From positions 1 to 13,257 of the forward strand of contig JASMDC010000063.1 in NCBI GenBank assembly GCA_030753015.1: a stretch of 13,257 bases of DNA, in the 5' to 3' direction. Position 1 is the stretch's first letter. Each line of letters starts with the position of its first letter. Below, in pieces: positions 1 to 6,655 of this stretch. The translations under genes and the position numbers were made by a program. The notes under the pieces were generated by a model. The model ran no database searches. It was not told where the DNA came from and worked only from the letters and a program-made list of their open reading frames with translations. The stretch is from Candidatus Undinarchaeales archaeon. Lineage in GTDB: Archaea > SpSt-1190 > JASMDC01.

Positions 1-53
1 TCTCACTTAGTCAAACGACTCCGACGTTTCTTGCGATAACATTGGCTTGCCCG

Positions 54-320
54 ATGGATATTCAAGCGCACCTCAAAGCACTCGAAGAGTTCGTCTCGTC
101 GGTCGAACAGCTCGCCGGTCAATCGCCTTCTGCTCGAGTGAGGCGTAAACAGCTCGCTGCCGTCGAAGCAGCGAGACGTCAACTTGAACGGACCGGACTA
201 CCAATACCCGAAAGCCTGTCGGTCGAGTTCGAGGCCCTCAAGGAAGGCGCAGCTGTGGAGTTCGATAAGGAGCAGGGCGACAAGGGTCCCCGCGCCGCGA
301 ACGTCAAGCTGTCCGCCTAG
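54..320 (+). CDS. Chimeric ORF: unrelated helical N-terminus fused in frame to the C-terminal half of a cold-shock domain (truncated csp paralogue or assembly chimera)
   Basis: ATG at 54 (track starts at TTG 42). The last 32 aa (VEFEALKEGAAVEFDKEQGDKGPRAANVKLSA) match the C-half of the CSP at 497..697, but the RNP1 (GFGFI) and RNP2 (IFFH) motifs are absent. Confidence 0.45.
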   Translation: MDIQAHLKALEEFVSSVEQLAGQSPSARVRRKQLAAVEAARRQLERTGLPIPESLSVEFEALKEGAAVEFDKEQGDKGPRAANVKLSA

Positions 321-415
321 GACCGGGAACAACCGAACTTCCCGGAGGATATTATCCTAGCCAGCGGTAGCTGTACCCTACGGTATGGCTACCGCAGGTT
401 CCCGGCCGACAAGGT

Positions 416-496
416 GGTAAATTAATAAAGTAATCGCTTACCACGTAGACCGGGCTGCCCTTCGGGACGGCCTGTTTGATCTGAAGGTGTAAACAC
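416..496 (+). promoter_or_regulatory. Putative csp promoter and structured 5' leader with SD
   Basis: AT-rich TATA-like tract TAAATTAATAAAG (418-430) in GC-rich DNA; hairpin 451-474 with a C(UUCG)G tetraloop; AAGGTG SD-like motif at 484-489 before ATG 497. Confidence 0.55.
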
Positions 497-697
497 ATGA
501 AAGGAACTATTAAGAAATTGATCGGTGACCGTGGCTTCGGCTTCATTGTCACAGAAGAAGGCGATGAGATCTTCTTCCACCGCTCTGGCCTCAAAGAGGT
601 CGAGTTCGAGGCCCTTAAAGAGGGCGCTGGCGTAGAGTTCGAAAAGGAGCAGGGTACAAAGGGACCCCGCGCAGCGAACATCACGCTGTCAGCCTAG
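497..697 (+). CDS. Cold-shock domain protein (CspA family)
   Basis: 66 aa with MKGTIK, RNP1 RGFGFI, RNP2 EIFFH and C-terminal GxKGPRAANI; SD present. Confidence 0.96.
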   Translation: MKGTIKKLIGDRGFGFIVTEEGDEIFFHRSGLKEVEFEALKEGAGVEFEKEQGTKGPRAANITLSA

Positions 698-945
698 GAC
701 CTCTACGAACGGATCTCTCCAGGGGCAACCCCTTACAGGGTCTGCCTCTGGAGCTCCACAAGTAATGCATAGGTGATCGGGGCCGGGGCCCACTTTACTT
801 TTGATATCCTCTTGGATCGGTACATCGTTCTTTCTGAGATACACGTGTCCGGTCGGTCCCTTACTGCGGAGCGCGAGAATCCCCCGACCGGTCGGGCCGC
901 ACATGGGCAAAGGATAAATAGCGGGGACCGGGCTTTGGTCCGACA

Positions 946-1860
946 GTGACAGGGTACGAGCTGGACCTCGAGTCTGACGGGTACGATACCGCCCATACCG
1001 CTGACAGCTATGCGACCGCTGGCGACCTCAACGGGCGGGGCGCGGCCCTGGCAGGAGTGCTCACCGCCGTGGTCCTCGGAGCGCTCTCCGGGTGCTCTCC
1101 AAAGGAGTACACGAAGCCCGAGGAGGACAGTGTCATCGACGCGTACGATCCTGCCGAGGTTCCCGCCCTCAAGGAGGCGCTGGAGGACCGCAAGCTCGCC
1201 CTGGCCCTCATAACGACCCACGACCACAACGGTGCCACCGAGGGCATGGAGGAGATGTTCGCAGCCGACTTCGAGGACATCCCTGGCTACGTGCTCCGTA
1301 CGGGACGCCCCGAGGACATCGATGCCATGCTCAACCACATCCGCGACTATGCCGCCGTGAAGAAGATCGACACGCTCATCCTGGCCTACCACGGGAGCTC
1401 CTCTTCGATGTCAGTGAGCGGCATGGAGTCGCTGAGCGAGTGGAACGTCGATGAGGTGTTCGCAGGCTACGAGGACAGCTTCACGCCCGACGCCCGCATC
1501 ATCCTGTATTCCTGCTCGGTGGGTTCCGGGGATGGGAACGTCACGACCGCCATAGCCCGGGCGCTCGACCGCGATGCGATAGGTGCGAGAGGTTCTCTTA
1601 TCCCCGAGACCGAGCTCGCATCCAGCGCGCGTATCGGCGAGTTCGAGGTGGACGGGGACGGCAGGCTCACCTTCGATGCGGATAACTACGCGAGGTTCGA
1701 CAAGCTCAGGTTCAAGGGTTCGACGTACTACGATGCAGTGGCCCCCAGGTCCTATAAGGGTGTGGGCGACAACGTGATCGACGCCGACGGGCCCCATGGA
1801 GAGTCACTGTTCCTCCACGTGGACATGGAACCTGCCGTTAAGGACGTCCCGGGAAAATAG
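946..1860 (+). CDS. Putative lipoprotein with DUF4347-like / caspase-fold (clan CD) domain
   Basis: Hydrophobic stretch AALAGVLTAVVLGA followed by lipobox-like LSGC (Cys codon 1093); LILAYHG (His codon 1390) and IILYSC (Cys codon 1513); high GC3; TATA-like ATAAATA at 914-920. The start codon is uncertain. Confidence 0.65.
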   Translation: MTGYELDLESDGYDTAHTADSYATAGDLNGRGAALAGVLTAVVLGALSGCSPKEYTKPEEDSVIDAYDPAEVPALKEALEDRKLALALITTHDHNGATEGMEEMFAADFEDIPGYVLRTGRPEDIDAMLNHIRDYAAVKKIDTLILAYHGSSSSMSVSGMESLSEWNVDEVFAGYEDSFTPDARIILYSCSVGSGDGNVTTAIARALDRDAIGARGSLIPETELASSARIGEFEVDGDGRLTFDADNYARFDKLRFKGSTYYDAVAPRSYKGVGDNVIDADGPHGESLFLHVDMEPAVKDVPGK

Positions 1861-1886
1861 CCGCATCATCCCGCCCGACGCATCGA

Positions 1887-1893
1887 TTTTTTT
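1887..1893 (+). terminator. Oligo-T tract, candidate archaeal terminator of 946..1860
   Basis: T7 run 27 nt after the TAG stop, followed by ACTTT. Confidence 0.45.
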
Positions 1894-1984
1894 ACTTTGA
1901 ACCGATAGGTTCCCTGCCCCTGCATATGCGGGGTGGGAATGATCACAATTGGGTGCCAATGAGGACGCCGTTCGGGCATAGCCA

Positions 1985-1991
1985 TTTAAAA
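1985..1991 (+). promoter_or_regulatory. Archaeal TATA box (TTTAAAA), probably driving a leaderless transcript of the zinc-ribbon/KaiC/HK/RR operon
   Basis: Lies 22-28 nt upstream of ATG 2013, the spacing expected for leaderless archaeal mRNA. Confidence 0.6.
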
Positions 1992-2012
1992 CATCGTTCG
2001 TACGTGGCGTAT

Positions 2013-2708
2013 ATGGGTGACGTGGAGCCGGATGTGCTTTCCATTCTCGCGTTCGTGAGACAGAACCACGAGATCGCACCCACATCGGACACCAAGTTTC
2101 ATTACCCGGAGATAGAGACGCTGCTCGACACGACCGCGGAACGTGTACAAGAGATCCTGGCCGAGATGGAGAGCAAGGACCTCCTCAGGCATCTCGAGGA
2201 GTCGACGTCCGTCGGTTGCCCGAACTGCAGCTCGCTTTCGCTTCTCAGGCAGAACATATGCCCCATCTGCTCGAGCGACCAGATCGAGGTCCAGAACGAG
2301 GCAACGGGGATGATGGTATGCAGCTCGTGCCAGAACGTGTTCTACTTCCCGGCCACGAGACTCAAGTGCGACAGCTGCGAGACGGTCCTGCCCGAGATCG
2401 GCCTCAGCATGATCACGGCGAACAGCTACGGCATCACCAGCAAGGGCCTCGGGCTTATTTCCGAAAGGAAACAGGAGGGTCAGGAGGATGTGTTCAAGCG
2501 TATGATGGCCTCTATCTTCTTCGCGCTCATCCTCACCTTCACGTTCGCCGTCTACCTCATCTACAAGCAGAAGGGGTTCGTCGACATTTTCATGTTCGTA
2601 CTGTACGGGACGGTCATCCTCTCCTATATGATTACCTCGTACTACATCGGCAAGAGCGGTGTGAGCAACACGGAAGGATCCTCCCTGCCGTCACACAAGA
2701 TCCCCTGA
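2013..2708 (+). CDS. TackOD1-like multi-zinc-ribbon protein with two C-terminal TM helices
   Basis: FHYP...EILAEMESKDLL helical segment, four CxxC knuckles (CPNC, CPIC, CSSC, CDSC), YGITSKG wing-like motif, then two hydrophobic helices. ATG 2013 is preferred over 1926 because of the TATA position. Confidence 0.7.
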   Translation: MGDVEPDVLSILAFVRQNHEIAPTSDTKFHYPEIETLLDTTAERVQEILAEMESKDLLRHLEESTSVGCPNCSSLSLLRQNICPICSSDQIEVQNEATGMMVCSSCQNVFYFPATRLKCDSCETVLPEIGLSMITANSYGITSKGLGLISERKQEGQEDVFKRMMASIFFALILTFTFAVYLIYKQKGFVDIFMFVLYGTVILSYMITSYYIGKSGVSNTEGSSLPSHKIP

Positions 2709-2718
2709 GAGTGATACC

Positions 2719-3414
2719 ATGGCTATCAAAAGGTTGACGTCCGGTGTTCCCGGCCTTGACAAGATGATCGAGGGAGGGTTCGTTAAGGGTTCGAGCGTTC
2801 TGCTCTCCGGTACACCGGGGTCCGGCAAGACAACGCTCGCCATGCAGTTCCTGATCGAGGGAGCGTTGAACGCAGGAGAGCCCAGCATTTTCATCAGCTT
2901 CGAGGAGGGGCTCGAGCTCATACGTGAGAACTTCATACGCTTCGGATGGAGCATCGATGATCTGGAACGACAGGGCAAGCTGGTCCTGGTGCAGAAGGAC
3001 GCGACGCTGGTGGGGGCGCTCCTGGAAAACGAGCTCGGCCAACTGCAGGAGATCCTGGAGAGGGTGGGTGCCAAACGTGTGGTCATCGACTCCGTGAGCG
3101 TTATGAACGAGAGCTCGGACAAGGTCGACCGGCAGACGCTCGCCCAGCTCGTGGACTTCCTGCGGTCGAAGGGATGCACGACACTCTTCATCCATGAGCG
3201 GAGCGTCGCAGCAGTCGATGAGATCAAGTACGAAGCGATCGACTTCCTCTTCGACGGTATCATACTCCTTAGCAGGATGCGGACGGGCAACTCCTTCCGC
3301 CAGATCCTGAGAGTACCGAAGATGCGCTACACGAAGATCATGCCCAAGATCGTTCCTGTGCAGATATCGGACAAGGGTGTGGCCGTGTACCCTGAGATGT
3401 CCGTCTTCGAATAG
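2719..3414 (+). CDS. Single-domain KaiC-like (RAD55/KaiC family) RecA-fold ATPase
   Basis: RLTSGVPGLDKMIEGG N-terminus, Walker A GTPGSGKT, catalytic SFEE, Walker B RVVIDS, DGIILL and KMR finger motif. Confidence 0.93.
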   Translation: MAIKRLTSGVPGLDKMIEGGFVKGSSVLLSGTPGSGKTTLAMQFLIEGALNAGEPSIFISFEEGLELIRENFIRFGWSIDDLERQGKLVLVQKDATLVGALLENELGQLQEILERVGAKRVVIDSVSVMNESSDKVDRQTLAQLVDFLRSKGCTTLFIHERSVAAVDEIKYEAIDFLFDGIILLSRMRTGNSFRQILRVPKMRYTKIMPKIVPVQISDKGVAVYPEMSVFE

Positions 3415-3415
3415 G

Positions 3416-5575
3416 ATGAAGCATGAGGTGTCCGCTATCGCGGGAAATGAACGGACCACACTGGAGCTCGCTCAGGAGGAGCTGCGCAAGAGCGAGGAGC
3501 GCACCCGGTCCATCATCGACGTCATCCCCGACCTGATGTTCCAGATTCACAAGGACGGCACCTTTCTGAGCTACAAGGGGGGACGAGAGGACCTGTATGC
3601 ACAACCGGAGCTGTTCCTGGGCAAGAAGGTCCAGGACGTGCTCCCGAAGGACCTCGCCGCCCTGACTATGCGCCATGTGAAACTCGCCCTCGATAGCGGC
3701 GAAAAACAGTCCTACGAGTACGATCTCCCGATCAATGGCCAGGTGTGCAGCTTCGAGTCACGCATGGTCAAGAGCGGGGTGGACGAGGTCGTCGCCGTCG
3801 TGCGCGACATCACCGAGCGGAAGAGGACGGAGGAGAGCGTGCAGCAGGTGGCCGATGAATGGAGCTCGACCTTCGACTCGATCTCGGACCTGATATCAAT
3901 CCAGAGCACGGATTGCAGGCTCATCCGCGTCAACAAGGCCTACGCCGACGCCTTCGGGATGGAGCCAGAGGAACTGGCTGGCAAGCGATGCTTCGGGGTG
4001 GTCCATGGATCGAAAGAGCCTACTCCGGATTGTCCCATGTGCAACGTGCTAGAGGATAAGGAGCCGTTCACGGTGGAGTTCTTCGAACCGCACATTGGGG
4101 CTCATCTGGAGGTGTCGGTCTCACCGATACTGGATGAGAAGGGGGAGGTCGCCAGGGTCGTGCACATCGCAAAGGACATCACAGAGCGCAAGAAGATGGA
4201 GGAGGAGCTGGATGAACACCGACGGAACTTAGAGGTGAGGGTGGCCGAACGGACCGAGGACCTCAACGAGGCCGTCGAGCGTCAAGAAAAGGAGGTCGAG
4301 GAGCGCTCCCGGGCCCAGAACGAGGTACGTTTTATACAGTCCCTGACTTTGACCATAAGCGATGCCGGGGACCTAAGGACCGCACTGTGTGCGGTCCTCG
4401 AAAAGGTGTGTGTTGACACGGGGTGGAACCTCGGTGAGATATGGTCGCACGGTACCGATGGGGAACTGGGATGGTCCGACGTTTGGTACCACTCCAATAA
4501 GGGGATGACGCGATGGAGGAATGAATCCAAGGAGGTGACCTTTCGAGAAGGGGAAGGGCTTCCAGGGATATGCTGGTCCTCAAGGGAACCCGTCCTTTTC
4601 CACGACATCAGCTGTGATCCGAGGTTCATTCGAGGCGAACTCGCAAGAGCGTTCAAGTTACGGGGCGGTGTTGCTGTACCTGTACTGATGGAGGACGATG
4701 TGCTGACCGTCCTGACGTTCTTCAAGTATAACCCTCTTGAGGAGGAGGACGAACGCTGGGCCCAGCTCGTCTTTTCGAGCGTGTCCCAACTCAAGACGAT
4801 CATTGAGCGCAAACGAGCCGAGGATGAACTTCGTGGGACCCAGGAAGAGCTGATCCAGTCCGAGAAGATGGCCTCCCTAGGGTTGCTGGTGGCCGGCGTT
4901 GCACACGAGGTGAACAATCCGCTTGCGTTCCTCAGATCGAATTCGGAGTCCATTGTGGACAAGATAGAGACGATCAATGAACAAGTAGATGCGAGCGAGG
5001 CCGTGGATACCATGGCCCTCGATGGTATAGGGGCCATGGCCCGCACGAACTTGAGGGGGATCGACAGGATCGCCGACATCACAAGGACCCTGAAGCGGTT
5101 CGCCGCACCCGACGCCGGGGAAATGTCACCTTCGGACGTCAACCAGGGGATACGGGACACGCTGCTCATGGTGCACAACCAGCTGAAGCACCATGTCACC
5201 GTTCACGAGGAATACGGGGACGTACCAAAGGTGGTCGGGCGCATCGGCCAGCTGAACCAGGTGTTCATGAACATGATCCTCAACGCTTCGCAGGCCATGG
5301 AGAAAGGAAACATATGGGTGCGAACGCGGGAGCGGTCCGGCAACGTCTACGTGGAGGTACGTGACGACGGAGAGGGGATCGCCGATGAGGACCTCGACAG
5401 GTTGTTCGATCCATTCTTCACTACGAAGGACGATGGGACCGGCCTCGGGCTCAGTACGTGCTATCGCATCATCCAAGAGCATGGTGGTTCCATCAAGGTG
5501 AAGAGCACCAAGGGGAAGGGTGCGACCTTCACCATATGCATCCCGGTAGGTGAACGAAATGAGCGAAAGAGATGA
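3416..5575 (+). CDS. Soluble sensor histidine kinase 1 (PAS-PAS-coiled coil-GAF-HisKA-HATPase)
   Basis: Two PAS/PAC units ending in DITERK; GAF (GEGLPG...DPRF...VAVPV); H-box HEVNNPL, N-box QVFMNMILNA, G1 DDGEGI, F-box FDPFFTTK, G2 GTGLGL; no TM segment. ATG 3416 sits immediately after the KaiC stop. Confidence 0.93.
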   Translation: MKHEVSAIAGNERTTLELAQEELRKSEERTRSIIDVIPDLMFQIHKDGTFLSYKGGREDLYAQPELFLGKKVQDVLPKDLAALTMRHVKLALDSGEKQSYEYDLPINGQVCSFESRMVKSGVDEVVAVVRDITERKRTEESVQQVADEWSSTFDSISDLISIQSTDCRLIRVNKAYADAFGMEPEELAGKRCFGVVHGSKEPTPDCPMCNVLEDKEPFTVEFFEPHIGAHLEVSVSPILDEKGEVARVVHIAKDITERKKMEEELDEHRRNLEVRVAERTEDLNEAVERQEKEVEERSRAQNEVRFIQSLTLTISDAGDLRTALCAVLEKVCVDTGWNLGEIWSHGTDGELGWSDVWYHSNKGMTRWRNESKEVTFREGEGLPGICWSSREPVLFHDISCDPRFIRGELARAFKLRGGVAVPVLMEDDVLTVLTFFKYNPLEEEDERWAQLVFSSVSQLKTIIERKRAEDELRGTQEELIQSEKMASLGLLVAGVAHEVNNPLAFLRSNSESIVDKIETINEQVDASEAVDTMALDGIGAMARTNLRGIDRIADITRTLKRFAAPDAGEMSPSDVNQGIRDTLLMVHNQLKHHVTVHEEYGDVPKVVGRIGQLNQVFMNMILNASQAMEKGNIWVRTRERSGNVYVEVRDDGEGIADEDLDRLFDPFFTTKDDGTGLGLSTCYRIIQEHGGSIKVKSTKGKGATFTICIPVGERNERKR

Positions 5576-6488
5576 GGACATGGTACACGACATCCTGGTC
5601 GTGGACGACGAGAGGGACGTGCTGGAAGCGCTCCGCATTACACTCGCGGACGCAAAGCGATTCAGGAGCAAGACCACACTGGTATGCAATGCCGAGGAGG
5701 CGCTCGCAGAGCTTGATAAGCGCGAGTTCTCGCTTGTCATCTCGGATTATAAGATGCCCGGGATGAACGGCGTGGACCTGCTGGCAGCGGTACGCGAGCG
5801 ACATCCCCGGACCATGCGTGTGCTCATCACCGGTTACTCGGACGTCGCCATCGCCCGGGAGGCCATCAACCGGGCGAAGGTTGACCACTACGTGGAGAAG
5901 CCATGGGATAACAAGGCGCTCAGGGAAATCGTCAAGGGCCTGCTTTCCCTCCACGCCTACCGGAGGTCCCCTGACCTCTCACCAAGCACCGAGAGGGCCA
6001 TGGACACCGACCAGCGCTTCTCGCTGGAGCCGGGATTCATCTATAAGGTGTCGGAGAGGAAGGGTGAGAGGAGCTTCGAGATCCTTTCGGACCTCGTGAC
6101 CCATGGTCATCAGGGCCTTGTCATCACCATACAATCCCCCGAAGTGCTCAGGAAGAAGTACGGATTCGAGAACACGCGCATCCTGTATCTTGGAAAGGAG
6201 AAGCATGGGGGCGAGTGGGTCGACGCGAGCGACCTGATATCAATCGGTATCCTCATTCGGGACTTCCTAGAGGATGCAGAGAACGGGGTCGTGGTCCTGG
6301 ACGGTATCGAATACCTTATCACTTCATTCAGCTTCGAGACGATAATCAAGCTCATCCAGAACCTGTACGAGTTCAACACATTCAACCGTTCGCTCATAAT
6401 AATACCCGTCAATCCCAATGCTCTGGACAGGAAGGAGATGGCGATACTCGAGCGGTACGCCGAACCAGTCGAGGAAGGCAGGGACTGA
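5559..6488 (+). CDS. Response regulator 1: REC + DUF835 (inactive KaiC-like) output domain
   Basis: REC motifs ILVVDDE, ISDYKMP, LITG, EKPW. C-terminal domain has PGFIY...GLVIT..P...VVVLDGIEYL and no Walker A. SD GGTGA (5549-5553) before ATG 5559, overlapping the HK1 end. Confidence 0.88.
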   Translation: MSERDEDMVHDILVVDDERDVLEALRITLADAKRFRSKTTLVCNAEEALAELDKREFSLVISDYKMPGMNGVDLLAAVRERHPRTMRVLITGYSDVAIAREAINRAKVDHYVEKPWDNKALREIVKGLLSLHAYRRSPDLSPSTERAMDTDQRFSLEPGFIYKVSERKGERSFEILSDLVTHGHQGLVITIQSPEVLRKKYGFENTRILYLGKEKHGGEWVDASDLISIGILIRDFLEDAENGVVVLDGIEYLITSFSFETIIKLIQNLYEFNTFNRSLIIIPVNPNALDRKEMAILERYAEPVEEGRD

Positions 6489-6513
6489 CCGACCGGTGCC
6501 CCTTCGTGCCAGG

Positions 6514-6535
6514 GAATAACGCTTAAGTAACTTAA
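6514..6535 (+). promoter_or_regulatory. Putative BRE/TATA promoter for the second HK-RR cassette
   Basis: GAATAAC-GCTTAAGTA in the intergenic gap; TTAAGT-A-ACTTAA (6523-6535) is also a perfect inverted repeat. Confidence 0.5.
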
Positions 6536-6655
6536 TGGATTGGGGCTGCACAGGGAAGAGACAGACGTGAGGATGGGCTGTGGGATTCTCCGCTTGCGTT
6601 GATGCCATCGCGACCCCCTATCTCATCCGTTCCCCTTCCCTGCCTGGGTGAAGGA

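Larger units (their letters stand above)
221..701 (+). repeat. Imperfect direct repeat pair, 104 bp: 221..324 and 598..701 (csp 3' halves)
   Basis: Manual gap-free alignment gives 87/104 identical. Similarity starts at GGTCGAGTTCGAGGCCCT and ends at TAGGACC; many mismatches are synonymous. Confidence 0.9.

Noticed and set aside
221-701. Diversity-generating retroelement TR/VR pair
   Set aside because: Only 9 of 17 mismatches fall at adenines of one copy, many are silent, and no reverse transcriptase is in the window.
1926-2012. N-terminal extension of the zinc-ribbon ORF (also the 3377 start for HK1)
   Set aside because: The 1926 extension contains the TATA box, and 3377 overlaps the KaiC coding region; downstream ATGs fit better.
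2719-3414. Circadian clock kaiC, or radA/recA
   Set aside because: Single domain, no S/T phosphosites, no kaiA/kaiB in the window; motifs fit the archaeal KaiC/RAD55 family rather than recombinases.
3412-3418. Amber read-through (pyrrolysine) fusing KaiC to HK1
   Set aside because: HK1 is in a different frame from the KaiC TAG, and no pyl genes are visible.
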